A DNA stretch of 64,000 nucleotides from Eledone cirrhosa (taxonomy: Eukaryota), in NCBI GenBank assembly GCA_964016885.1, contig OZ024743.1, positions 203,918,001 through 203,982,000 on the forward strand, in the 5' to 3' direction. Shown piece after piece: positions 40,129-53,347 of the stretch; position 1 is the stretch's first letter, and the number at the start of each line of letters is the position of its first letter. The notes under the pieces are model-generated. The model saw only the letters and a program-made list of their open reading frames with translations, was not told the DNA's origin and did not search any database. The position numbers and the translations under genes are program-made.

Positions 40129-40543
40129 TATAACAAAATACTGGTGTGTATGAATATAACAAATATGCTCAGTTGTGTATATAAAGTTTAATTAACAAGT
40201 TGAAGTTATGTAGAATAGTATAGTTGACATGCCCTTGAGTAGATGAAAGAATGAAGTAAAGTTATTTGTTACCGTTTTGAAGTTAGCTCGCAAGAGACCA
40301 TGTTAGGGTTTCCAGACGAACGCGCCTGGCCGAAGAGCCAGGCAGGTTAGAAGAGAGTGAAGCATCGGCGAACGCACCGAAAGGGCAAATGAGAGAGAGA
40401 TCGCTCTGAGTATCCCTCTTATAGGGTCCAAGACGGAAGTGACAAAAAGGGTTCTGCCACCCCAACGGGAAGTAACTCCAGCTACTTCCTGTCTAGAGAG
40501 CGGTGATGTGATTGTCATAACAAGGGAGGCAACTCTTGCTGCA
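40129..40543 (-). mobile_element. Solo-LTR-like element (partial second copy at 42060-42266)
   Basis: Minus strand begins TGCAGCAAGAG, contains cctataaga (TATA-like) and attaaa, and ends ttgttata. 40129-40337 is nearly duplicated at 42060-42266. Confidence 0.6.
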
Positions 40544-42674
40544 TTAACTCCCGCCAGATTTTTTTAATATAAAAATCGAATGAACCATGTATGGAGTAAG
40601 ATGGCGAGCATGTAATACCAAAGTCCAGGCATGAAAATTACGAAAAAAATAATGTTTGCAATAAAAGGAAAACAACAAAATATATGCATGCAAAAATCAA
40701 TGATAGATATCAAGGTAGCCAACCGCTCTTGGCCAGAGAACGACTGGACATCTATCAATCCATCACTCAAAGATACAATGTAATCAAAGTAAAAGAAGAG
40801 GTCAAAGTTCAAATGTTCAAAATACAATTCACATGTGTGCAATCACATGACAACAGGAAAGAAAGTGTGTCATCCAGAGAATGTATGCAGGTGGTTTGTA
40901 GACTGTGGTGCAACGTGAAAATCGGTGGGACTTTCTCACAGGAAGAGTGCTGCAAAAATAAGTTCTCTGTTTTGTTCTGCTGGTTTTGGTTGTTGATGTT
41001 GTTGTCTGGCGGAGTGAGCGTATTCGATGTTGTTTCCGTTCAGTGAAATCTTTCCCAGAAAAGATGAGTTGCGCAAAGTGCTAGTAATAACAGCCACAGT
41101 TGATGGTCGATGTTGAGAATGCGTTGACCTGGAAGGGTCAACAGGCCAGCGACCAAAGAAATAAGTATTCTGAATAAATGCGCAGTTTTCAACGGCAAAT
41201 TTACGAGGTAAATTTTTAAACCGGAAAATAGGAGAATATAGCTTAAGGCTGGAGAATCCTTGGCAAGAAACATTATCTATGGCGTGTGTTATCTCAGTGA
41301 GTCGAGATGTGTGCTCCCATTACGTGCCGAAACAAGGTTAAAGTCAAGTGGAAAAAAATATATTTCTATTGCGCGAGAAAATGGCGCGAAAATGATAGTA
41401 CAACAAGTCGTTGGCAGCCATTTTGAAAAATGTGTGTGTGAACGTGATAATATGATGAAAAAGAAAGAAAGGCTTCACTTGGTATAACAAATATGGCGAG
41501 TTCAACTTTTTTGTGAACGATGAAAAATGCTTGGCGGAAGAAATAAGCAATAGTTGAGATTCAGCGAAAATAAATGTTGAAATGTGTAAAAAAAAAAAAT
41601 CAAATTTCTCTTTTTTTTAAAGTGTTCGTTGTAAGAAGAAACGAAAAACATATATATACATCCAGTGAAATGCGACACATAGTTGATGTACGACACGTGC
41701 GTGAAAGGCAAAATTTTCTGTTTATTTTGCTTGCTGAGAAAGAATTTTTTTTTTTTTTTTTTTTATGTGTTCGTTATGAGACAGTATATGCGGAGAGAAA
41801 TCCATGTTTAAGGAGGTCTGAGAGATTTCTTAGTCCGAATAAAAATAATATCACGTTAGGTGAGAGAAGAAGAGTCTGTCTGAACGAGAATTTCACATGT
41901 GCGTGTGTTAGTTTCTGTGTCTTTGTTAATAAAGTTTGCTGCGTATTCGAAATGTGGTCGACACACTCCAACGAAAATGAGGTACTGTTAATTAATTTTT
42001 TTATATATATTCACACAACACCAGATCCTATCATTTTTTCTTTTTTCGGGGTCACCACTTATAACAAAATACTGGTGTGTATGAATATAACAGGAGACTC
42101 CGTCGTGTGTATAAAGTTTAATTAACAAGTTGAAGTTATGTAGAATAGTATAGTTGACATGCCCATGAGTAGATGAAAGAATGAAGTAAAGTTATTTGTT
42201 ACCGTTTTGAAGTTAGCTCGCAAGAGACCATGTTAGGGTTGCCAGACGAACGCGCCTGGCCGAAGACGATACAGCCCATCGGGCCTCTGTAGCATCAGTT
42301 CCCCCACCCTTGTAATTTGAAAATAGAATTGGCCGAATACGTTTTACTAACTACTTATAGCAGACGTGTTAAACCCTTTTAATTTTGTATCAGTTTTGGT
42401 ACTACTCAATTTCTACAAGTTGACCGCTCCACTCACTCCCCTATTGTTCTACAGGCAAGTTCAGCCACCCCTACCTCCCACCAAATGCCATGATAGACTT
42501 ATTTGTGTTTACAACAAATTTTAACCAATCCTCTTGACAACTACAATCTTCCCATATAAGGAAGTACCCCCTTGACAAGTTGGGGTATTTATTCACCAGG
42601 CTAAAAATTCTAATTTAGTCCAGAAATAGCCGTCGAAACGGCTTGAGCTCTGCCGTCCGGGTCATATTTTCTCC

Positions 42675-42766
<92 letters not shown>

Positions 42767-42835
42767 GAGAGAGATAATATCATACAGAGAGAGAAAGTGA
42801 GAGAGGAGGGTGAGAAAGAGAGAGAGAGTGAGTGT

Positions 42836-43545
42836 GATTCGGAGTTACCAATTTAGTGTAGTTTGACCATGTTCAAGAAGGTTTGAAATATATGCGTTTC
42901 AGGTTAATGAATTCGAGTCCGTTTATGATGAAATTTTTATTGAAGAGGTTTGGTAGTTGATAAGGGATGAGTCTAGCCAGTATTTAATCGTTTCCATTAC
43001 ATAATCGTGTGATATGTTACTGTATAGGCTCACAACATCCAATGAGACCATGTAAGCAGTTTGGTAGTTGATAAGGGAATGAGTCTGGCCAGTATTTAAT
43101 CGTTTCCATTACGTAATCGTGTGGAATGTTACTGTATAGGGTCACAACATCCAATGAGACCATGTAAGTGTTTTGGCTTACATAAACTGGTAGAGGGTTG
43201 AGAAAATCTAAATCATCTAATATAAAACTTCGAATATGTTTGAGGAGAGGTTTAAATATAAGAAATTGCTTAGACGGTGTGTTTTGCTAATTGAGTCTGC
43301 TATAATAGGATTTAAGTCAGGGGTTGTGAGTATATTAACACAATTGTTTTTCCTCATTTTGCATATCTCCTTAATTAATTAATGTACTTTCGACAAACCA
43401 TCGAGATTAGTCGTTTTACCTCTAAAATTAGTGAGATAGTCTAATTCTGTTAACAGTTAGGCAGTTTGATATGGGTATTGTAAATCAGTGAATTGTTTCA
43501 TCACATTATGGAGTTTGTAGTCCTTGGCTTCCCCACTTTTATATA
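42836..43545 (-). mobile_element. Degenerate RT fragment of a different Penelope clade, with internal ~110-bp tandem duplication
   Basis: ELDYLTNFRGKTTNLDGLSKVH, NPIIADSISKTHRLSNF, and MVSLDVVSLYSNISHDYVMETIKYWLD (present twice, 42948-43168). Confidence 0.75.
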
Positions 43546-46092
43546 AAAACTTAGAACTTTCCTCAAAGACTATTATAATCTCACTATTACATTTGAAAAC
43601 ACCAGTAAAATAGTCAATTTCCTAGATATAAGTTTGGACCTATCTACGGGTATCTACCAACCTTACCATAAACCTAACCAAAACTTGCATTACATACACT
43701 CACAATCCAATCACCCTAGATCTATCCTTAAAAACCTAGCATATAACATCTCACTCAGGATCTCTAACCTTTCATCAAATCAGGATGTATTCGATGAAAA
43801 CGTGCCCTTTTATAACGAAGCTTTAGCTAGAAGCGGCCACAAAAACAAATTAGTATACATACCTTGCACCAATAATATTTCAAACATACAACCTAATATT
43901 ACCAACAAACACCAAATGAAAATCCCACACCTAAATGCCACTCATATTACACCTAAAAACACCAACCTAAAACTTAATTTCTCTACCTCTTCTCACATAA
44001 AATATAATGACTTTCAAAAATCCATTTATCCTAATACTCCAACATATGTTAACAACAGTACTAACAAAATTCCTAATAATCAGACTAAAACACCAAAATC
44101 AGTTAATCTAACTAAACCTATATATAATAAAATCACTAATAGTAACTCTCTTAGTAAACCTCCTGATACATCGTATAAATATAAGAAACAATATCGAAAC
44201 CGTAATAGACGGGCTACTTGGTATAATGCTCCATTTAATCTACAAATTAAAGACCATATCCCTAAAAATTTATTTGCTAGCCTAGAGAAAAACTTCCCAC
44301 CAAACCATAAATACCATCAAATTTTAAATAGATCTACAGTCAAATTTTCCTACTCCACTACCAAAAATATACAACAGAATATAAGTGCGTACAACGCATA
44401 TAAGTGTAAAAAAAAACATAAATTTACCACCAACACATCAAACCAACCATAATAATACTAAAATAAACCATAACAAACCATCATCTCCTTCACCTATAAC
44501 AAGTCCTGTACATGCCACACCAAATTTGACTAACTCCCGATATAATATTCACGAATGGTTATAACTGTAGAATCAAAAGAAATTGCCCATTAAAGGGTAA
44601 TTGTCTTATTAATAACATAGTCTATAAATGTAAAATTAGCACTGAGGACTCCACTTATTCATATATAGGAGCTACGTCTAACCAATTTAAAGTAAGATTT
44701 AATACCCACAAACATAGTTTTTAAAATGCCGCATTAGCTAATACAACATCTTTGGCTGAAACAATTAATAATTATAGAAAGAAGAACATCGATTACAACC
44801 TGACCTGGAGCGGGCTCAAAAGTGCCACCCCTTATCAAAATAGCAGATACGAGTGTAGGTTATGCTCCCAAGAACTTTTTGAAATCATGAAATCTAAGGA
44901 TATCCTACTAAATAAGCGACAGGAATTAATTATATCTTGCAATCATAGAATTAGAAGAACCTTCAAATATTATAAACCTAATTAATATACACCTTACTCT
45001 TATATTTTACAAATTATTATAATTGTTTTTTTTTTATTTAGTTAACCTATAATTAGTATTTTACTACAGAGAATTTCATATTTTTATTTCCCTCTTACAG
45101 CTCTCTTTTCCTAAAATTATTTTTAATCACACTACTTCATTTAGTCGCATCCCCTATTTATCACATTTAATACCTATGATTATTAAATATAATTAATATC
45201 TTTAATATTATCAATGTCCGTATAAAAATGTTTATAAAAATGTTTATCTACTTCAGTTTTTCCATATATTTATTTTTTATTTTTTATTGCTTTAATGTCT
45301 TACTTCTTTATTTATCACATTCATATGAATTAATATAATTTCATCCCTGTAAGTATACCTATAAATTAATTTAATTTCCTGTTATGTATTTAGATTCCCT
45401 GTAGTTTAAATAAGATTGGTATTTCTCACTAATACCCTTATCCCAAAATTTTATTTTCCTTCGTTTTTAACAACACTCTTTAATAACATCAAGTTTTTAT
45501 TTATCACATTCATATGAATTATTATAATATTATCCCTGTAAGTATACCTATCAGTTAATTTAAGTTCTTGTTATATATCTAGATTCCTTGTGGTTTAAAT
45601 AAGATAGGTGTTTCTTACTAATAGGTTTCGCACCTAAAATTTTATTTTCCTTCGTTTTTAACAATATTGTTTAATAACATCAAATGTTCGAGTACCATTC
45701 ACTATCTTCTTGACTTGACCTCATTTCATCTCCATAGTATTCTTTTCATTCAAAGCATAAGTCTGCACTCCTATACCCCTGGATTTAATTTCTACTACTG
45801 TCATTCTATCAACTTGACCTCTAACTCCTTTTCTATTGGTCAATTCAAAATATGTTCCCAAACAGACCCTTTATACTAATTCTTTGTTTTTTTCAATAAA
45901 CACATCTCATCATTTCTGAGGACGGCATGTATATGTGAAGGTATTTATATTTCCTCTGATAATTTGTAATATTTTTACATTGATCTATATGATATACATA
46001 CCAACACACATACATCCCAGAAACGATCGTAAAATGATGAATTTTTTAATATAAGGAAATTGTTCTTTGTGTTTATTTCATTGTTTTTATTA

Positions 46093-46095
<3 letters not shown>
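43545..46095 (+). mobile_element. Penelope-like (Naiad-type) element, 5'-truncated, long 3' UTR/pLTR ending at (TA)n
   Basis: VNFLDISLDLSTGIYQPYHKPN..SNHP. WYNAPFN. NCRIKRNCPLKGNCL..IVYKC..SYIGATSNQFKVRF. CRLCSQE. ~190-bp tandem duplication at 45307-45682. Confidence 0.88.
45907..46040 (+). ncRNA. Type I hammerhead ribozyme with ~97-nt stem II
   Basis: tcatcattt CTGAGGA cggcatgtatatgtg...cacatacatccca GAAA cgatcg TA aaatgatga. Perfect 9-bp stem I and palindromic stem III. Confidence 0.85.
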
Positions 46096-46141
<46 letters not shown>

Positions 46142-46899
46142 CACACACACACATATAAATGTATATGTATATGTATATATATATATGAATCTGTGCGTGT
46201 GTGTATATATATATGTGTGTGTGTGCGCGCACGTGTAAAGAGATTAACACCGATAAGCGATTTCTCGTATACCTATATAGGGGGTGTGGTTGGGGTTCTC
46301 AGCCTTCTTATGGAGGTAGGAACATTGTCAGATTCATTGATTTTGTAACCAGTTCTATTGCTAGTTAACTGTTATTTTTACAATCTCTTAGGAGTCATCT
46401 GCCTCACGCCAATCGTTTCTTAAACTGATAAACATTAACATCAAATGCAACACAAACTACTACATTTATGGCACGCAACCATAATAACATGGTTCAGGGG
46501 AGACAACTATTTTATTTATAAAGCAGTCTTTTGCATCCATTGTGAATTGGCAGTATCGGTAGAGGGTTGGACGCCATGCTTTCTAGCATAGTTACGTCCC
46601 TTTACAGTCTGAGTTCAAATCCCGCCGAGGTTAACTTTGCCTTTCATCCTTACGGGGTCGATAAAATAAAGTACCAGTAATATACTGGTTAATTGCTGGC
46701 CTTGTGCCTAAAGTAGAAACAATTATTTATAGTAAAGAAGATAAACTACCATTAATACACCCATTACTTTTTTTTATTCTTAACATTAATGAATTTTTTT
46801 TTTACTCAACGACACTAAACTGTAGTGATATTTTATTCAAATTACAAATACAAAAAATATATTATAATATTATAAATAAAAAGAAATAGAAATATAATA

Positions 46900-47800
46900 A
46901 TACAATGCTTACAGGATGAAAGCAAACACAAATAATATATATAGAAGGGGTGGACAACCGAACCACTACCAGAGCAAAAGATAGCAGTATCGTGAGGAGC
47001 ACTGGGAAACCTCTCCAATGATTTTTTTAGGCAAGCCAGCATGCTGGCAGCGTTACCCTGGGTGATGGCCAGGATGATGCGTTGGAAGAACCAAGCGCAC
47101 TTGTGAGATTCACCAGTTACCTCTGATAGGCGAGCCACCAGTGAAGATAAGAATCTCGCAGTCAGCAGCCTGACTCCTCCAAATGTCTCGAACACCACAG
47201 GCTGGAAAATGTAGTTGACCGACATATCCCAGTATTTTAGGATTTTGCTCCGTTCAGCTGCGGAAGCTGTGGCTCTCGCCCTAACTGCAGCATCCAGGAT
47301 GAGGGAAGAAGCAAAAGAGTCACTAACTGTGACGTCCCAGGCAAGGCACCTGCCTCTCGAGCAGGGGCACAGGGTAAGGTTGTCAGGTCTTTTCCCATCA
47401 CTCCTGGACAGCCCACAAGGTTCCAAGATTGAGGGGATGTTCGCCCGGGCCAAAGATCTCTTGAGAATAAGGTTTAGCTCCGTGTGACGTGCGAAGTGAC
47501 CGGCATTCAGGCAGCAAGAAATACTGTCGAGTCGAGCAGTTTTCCACATATACAACTCAAACCTGTACAGACGTCAGCTACCACAGTGAGGGCAATAGAG
47601 ACACGAAGTTCATCCAAGCTGAGTAGGCCACCAATGTTAGCCATGGGTAGAGCATCAACCCAGTCACCTGAGTATTTGGTGCGAGCAGATAGTAAGCGAC
47701 ACCTTGTAAACTGACCCAACTGGACGAAGAGGGATTCGAAGGTGGCCTTCGAACTTATGATATCCCAAGCTCTCTGACTTCGACTGTCCTCCCCCTTCTC
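46900..47800 (-). mobile_element. CRE-clade RLE non-LTR retrotransposon 3' fragment
   Basis: SGDWVDALP..ELRVSIAL..CICG..H-like; RHTELNLILKRSL..LEPCGLSRSDGKRPD..WDVT..KILKY..FQPVVFETFG..QRI..QGNA. Confidence 0.85.
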
Positions 47801-47804
47801 AGGA

Positions 47805-48590
47805 AAAGTCATCTGGAAAACAAGATGTTTGAACGCATTTGTTCGTTTGAAAAGGAACTGCAACTTTTTCAGACTCAGCTGAGTAGAACAGCACTTATTC
47901 ATTTTCCCAGTCTAGCTGTCAGAAAAGCAGAAATGCCAGATTTGGATTGTTCCAAATATGCTGAATGTGTTGGCAAGTTGCATGCTAAATTTATAAGCAG
48001 ATTTGCTGATTTCAGGAAATGTGAAACTGAGTTCAAACTGTTTTGTCAGGCATTTGACATGGCACCTGAAGAGACAGTCCTAATTGTTCCCAAATGGAGC
48101 TGATATATTTGCAGTCTGATATGCACTTGAGAAGAGCATTTGATAACAATGATTTGGTAACTTTCTACAAAAATTATGTATGTGGTAATCATCGGAATTT
48201 GGAGCAACATGCTAGGAAAATGACAATGTTTTTTTGGCAGCACATATTGTTGTGAGCAGTTCTTTTCAAGAATGAAATTTACTAGGAATAGATACCGAAG
48301 TCAGCTCACTATTGAATATCTGACCAGTCAGCTTCGAGTTGCCACCACATCACATCAGTCAAACCAGACATTGATAAATTGTGGAAAAACACCAAATACC
48401 AAGTCTTACATTGATAAAACTAAATTATATTTTATTTGTCTTTATTGTTTAAAAATGTATTCACAATGTATTTATGACTCAATTCACTGGTTTTCATTAG
48501 ATTACATATTTCTGACAGAGACTGGTCCTAATAGTTGTTCCAATGATCAAAAGTGGCCTGCTAATGGAATATGTTGCACACCTCCGCTTT
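47805..48590 (+). mobile_element. hAT (GTF2IRD2/Charlie-like) DNA transposon 3' fragment
   Basis: FEKELQLFQTQL..HFPSL..RFADF; MFFGSTYCCEQFFSRMK..RYRSQLT dimerisation motif; terminal gttgcacacctccgct. Confidence 0.8.
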
Positions 48591-49488
48591 ATACTCTCTT
48601 TTTTTTATATATATGTATATATCATAGGTACGTGTACAATCCAATCCAAGAAAAGAGTGTAGAGATTAGTTTGTGAAAATGAAATTACAGGAGCAAGGAG
48701 GGCAATGTACTCCATGTGTAAAGCATCCAAGATAAGTGTTCAGAGAAGGCAAAATAAACTATAAGCCAAACATTAAATATAAAGGCAAAGCGTAAATATC
48801 GACATTATAATTAGAGAAATTCCACCAAAATTCATGAAGAAGTGTTTATTAATTTACAATTGTTTCGAAGGGGAAGGTCAAAATCCAATCTATCAATATT
48901 TCAATCGATCAATATTTCAATTACGTGTTATTAAAAGCTAGTACGACCAGATCCTTGTCTTCAGAATATACATCAAGTGTGAAAAACATACCAGTAATTT
49001 TACCAAAAGGAAACCATAGTGGGAATCAGCCAGAAAGGTCCCAACATATTTTCTGTTCACAAATTTGGGATCAGTATTTCAGTAGCCATTATTATAGAAC
49101 ATTAACGTGACTGAGCATTACGCAAACTTGTGTACCTTTAAGGCAGTTCTCAAGGGGATTCAGCATGAAACAGAATGTGATAATATTAATAACAAAAACA
49201 AAATTTAATCATAATGGGTTTATTTTATTTACTAAAAATAGGATGCCATTACAAGCGGATTTTAAAATGAATAAAAAAAGAATGTAATGAAAATAAAAAT
49301 ATAAAACTTAAAATGTAAGCATATTATATTGATTACTAACATTGGCACAGAGCCTTAAATTGGGGAAGAGAACAATTGATTATATTGATAACGATGATAG
49401 TGATTCTATTGATATCAGCTTATATAATATAAAATATTGAAATATCAGTATAAATTAATGTTTTTTTAAGCAATAGTAAAAAGAATAC

Positions 49489-49657
49489 TTAGTATGGATA
49501 ACGCAATGAAGTAAACATGGCTGGTTTTATACCATCTGAAGTGATATCTTTACACTTCTGAGACATGAGATCATGGAAATATTCTTTGAGTACTTTAGTA
49601 AACTCCTTTTTGCAATTAAGCTTAACAACGATTTCATCCATTGCTGATTTCAATATT
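49489..49657 (-). CDS. Host gene 2 (paralog, possibly pseudogene), last exon D; frameshift removes the hydrophobic tail
   Basis: ttatttttacag|A. Reads (P)ILKSAMDEIVVKLNCKKEFTKVLKEYFHDLMSQKCKDITSDGIKPAMFTSLRYPY*. The alternative frame HVYFIALSILSILFTIA* (to 49466) matches the gene 1 tail. Confidence 0.82.
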
Positions 49658-50059
49658 CTGTAAAAATAAAAGTAACATATTGAAGATTTTCTTAACTTAT
49701 GTAGATATTTAAATGAGAAAGTGAAACCTAAAGAATGGTATATTTAGCTAGTCTATGTTTAAAACAGTGTGTGCATATGAGTGTATATGCTTGTTATGTG
49801 AAGATGCATGCATAACTTAGGGATTAGGGCATTTGTACCATGATTGTAAGATTGTATGTTTATTTACCAAGAGCACACTGTTCCTTTGAGCATTCTCTTT
49901 GCTGCATTCCACATAACTGGCAAAACAATTCTTAATTTATAAAGAATTTTCGAAACAGGTAATGACATCTAAAGAATGATTCCCTCAAATAATTTAATAC
50001 AACTTGATTAAAAAAGTATTGAATATTTAATGTTTAAATTAGAATATTATATTTACACC

Positions 50060-50445
50060 AGACAATCCAGCGAAGGCTGGCAAGAAATGTAGCAAGCATG
50101 CTCCAATGGATGTGCAATATCAATGTGCATGTACAGCCAAGCATGGACGAGGTGAGAGTGAAACTGTGTGTAAGAGGGATAAAATGAAGTGTGCGAGAGA
50201 GAAGACAGAGTTGGTATGACCATGCGATGTGCATGGAAGATTACTGCAAAGAAATCCCGGGGAAAGGAAAACGCAGAAGAAGACCATGAAAAACATGGGC
50301 GGCGGTGGTGAGAGCTGACCTCAGATTGCTGAATCTCACAGAGAAGAAGGCAAAGGACCGTGACGAATGGAGAGATGCTGTGCTGAAGAGGACATGACCC
50401 ACCCTTGTAAGCAGGGAAAAGCGGACGTAAAATGATGATGATTAT
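50060..50445 (+). mobile_element. RTE 3' fragment ending in (GAT)n
   Basis: ASMLQWMC..LxVRG..RxSWYDH..RGKGxGRRP.. then cggacgtaaaatgatgatg. Confidence 0.75.
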
Positions 50446-50592
50446 AATGAACCCACTGCTACAACTGGTACACACATCTATCAACCCTGTTGATATCCAA
50501 ATGCAGAATATTCTGGTTTGTGCCTAATTACTGTAAAATTCTACAGCATATCTGAATCAAGAATTATTTAGAAATAACTTTTCTCTACATAC

Positions 50593-50740
50593 GGACAATA
50601 TTTTTCGAAGTATTGCGGTTTTGAGATCTCTTTCATTTGCACTTGCTTCATTAAGGGCATTGATTTGTTGCTATATACCAACATTATAGGTTCAATATTC
50701 TTTGCGTTGTATATTAAACAAGGTGTTCCTTGAATTATAA
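50593..50740 (-). CDS. Host gene 2, exon C (148 bp) with non-canonical CAA acceptor
   Basis: ttctatttcaa|TT...TGTCC|gtatgt. Open reading (V)IIQGTPCLIYNAKNIEPIMLVYSNKSMPLMKQVQMKEISKPQYFEKYC(P). 10/50 identical to gene 1 exon C. Confidence 0.8.
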
Positions 50741-53347
50741 TTGAAATAGAAATCAGAAAAATGTGATCAACATTAATATTTTACAACAGTTTCGTGAAAT
50801 CGTGTGTGTGTGTCATTTTGAGGGTTCATATGCATACCTGTCAATTCTCCCAGTCCGATGGGGACATCACCCATCCACTTTAGGGTAGGTGAGAGATCTC
50901 TTCTCTTGTGAAAATGGATATAGCTTTCATTATGTAATGGGGGCATTTTTGTTCATGGTACTCCCCCGTTTGGATTTTTAGAAGTTGACAGATATGAGTG
51001 GGCAATGATGCTTTGCAAATATAGCTCAAGTTTTTCAATTTCAAGGGGTCAGCAATTGTTGTTATAAAAGTAGAAGAGGCAGAGATGATGCAGAATAGTA
51101 TTTGTAGATTCAGCATCTGCCAGTCAGTCGGAGAAGAATCTGTAAGTTTTTTTTATTAATAAGTAAAGTGCATTCTTGTTTTGTTTTGGTATAAAGAGTG
51201 AATAGGTATTAAATATATTGAGACTAGTGCCGCATTTCCAGTGGATGACATTTTCAAATAGTGCTTGTTTAATTAAAATCCTTGTGTATTATCATTTATA
51301 TGGATAGGGTTAACATGAATTAAATGTTTTGTGTATAGAAAGACTGGTCAGATATATATAACTGAATTGTATGACAAACCAGAGTTAATAAAATATGGCT
51401 CAGATAGATTAGAGCCATCTGGTAAGAAATTTCCAATACATATGTGACATGAAGAACGCAAAAAGACAGACATGAATACAGGTATACACAGAGTCACATA
51501 TCGCTTTACTTTACTGCACCTTTGATTGCAGGCATGTGTATTTAATACATTTTATGCAGTTATTTTTTCTTCACCAGCAGCTCATGTATTCTTGCTGGAA
51601 TTTTAATCTTAAAACTTGACCATTATACTTACTAGCAGAAAAACGACCCTTCAGGTGGTTTTCTGCTAGCATGTGTAGTATGCATATGCGAATATACATG
51701 CATGTAAATATGATACATCAAATAAAACAGAAATTGAATAGAGACTGTGTTACACTCTCTTCTGTAATCAGTAAAGTAATCCATGATACATTTAAAAAAG
51801 ACGATATTATATATAAATTGCATTACGGTGAAATTTTATGAAAACAAAAAGGAGAAAATTAGTGACAGAAATATAAAACTTATATAACAATGCAAATATA
51901 TGAACGTTTACATAAGCGATCTAATAAGTGTTATGACATAACAGATGCTAAGCAGAAGTGTAGACATTTGAACATTTTAAAAGAAGTGAATCTTAGAATA
52001 AGCAATCATTATATATAAGAAAATTTATGTTTAATTAACAGCTACGAAATTTAGTACAAAAATTATGTAATATTCATTCATTATTTATTCAAAGTAATCT
52101 GAGTTCAATTCCCGCCGAGGTTAACTTTGCCTTTCATCCTTACGGGGTCGATAAAATAAAGTACCAGTAATGTACTGGGATAATTGCTGGCCTTGTGCCA
52201 AAAAGTAGAAACAATTATTTAATCAAATTAATCTAAGTTATTTTACTAACAGGAAAAAAACATATATTCATGATGCAGTCCCGCACTCCTCCTTTTATTA
52301 TATTATGATATTTCATAAGTCACGTGTTTATGATGTGCATATGCCATTTATATGGTAGTGCTTTTGATATAAGTAACCGTTCCATGATTAAATGACTATT
52401 TAACCATTAAATGTGAAATTTACATGAAAGTCTCAAATACCTGAACTGTGGAGTAAAGAAATATTAATTGAAATTCAAATTGAAAGAAAGCATTCATGAA
52501 ATTTAATCAGTAATGAATTTAAAGTTCGAAATAAATTAACATTCAGGTACATCAGCTAAATAAAAGACATGCGATTGTTTTATCTTATATACAACTTCTT
52601 TTATATTGTACTTTGGATTATTTTATTTAGAAATTTATGATTATATATGTAAAACATTTAGTGTATTTTTGACCATTTTTATTTTTTCCCTCTCTCCGAG
52701 TGTGAAAACTGACACTTAATTATCTCACATAATATCGAATCTATGAGATTTTGAAATTATTTATTTTGAAAACAATATAAATATTAGCAACCGGTTACAC
52801 CCAGTTACAGCCAGTTTGAACAGTAAGAAGTGAGAGAATTCTGGTTGAATACAGCTATTTTGAATGCTAAATAATGAAGTTGTATACAATTTGTATACAT
52901 GTTTAACCTGTTTTTATAGTTTCCATGTAAATCTCAATCTTCATGTTGCAACTTGTGTTTATAATGAATCCTTCATTGAAAGCCAGAGTGGCAAATAAAT
53001 TAAATCATCTATCTATTTATATACTACTAAAACTCTGTGATTGTTTGCTTGCTTGTCTGTAATGTAATACAGCAAAAAAGGGTGCATAATGAGAAAATAC
53101 TTTGAAAGGAAGTTGACCCTCAAATGGGAATACAAATGAAATAAATCAAATTTCGCGTAAATCGGAGGACAAGTTCCTAAGATATGGGGTTTTTCCGGGT
53201 ACCTTCATAAACAGAGAGAGAGAGAAAAAGATAGTAGTTATGTGAGAGTAAATTGAAAGAGAGACATAGCAAGAGGGAGAGGAGAAGGAGAATGGAAGTG
53301 AAAGAGAGAGCTGTAGTGTTGTTTTGTATATATATATATCTATATAT

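Noticed and set aside
40560-42030. Cys-rich short ORFs (40684..41046, 41574..42125) as a gene or transposase
   Set aside because: No recognisable motifs or consistent splice pattern. Probably an unclassified repeat.
37886-43168. CRISPR-like spaced repeats
   Set aside because: The repeats are LTR fragments and a tandem duplication of Penelope RT in eukaryotic DNA. There are no regular spacers or cas genes.
20776-44985. Selenocysteine-encoding Naiad elements
   Set aside because: The conserved Cys positions I read in the three Naiad-type copies are TGT/TGC (one is TAT), not in-frame TGA.
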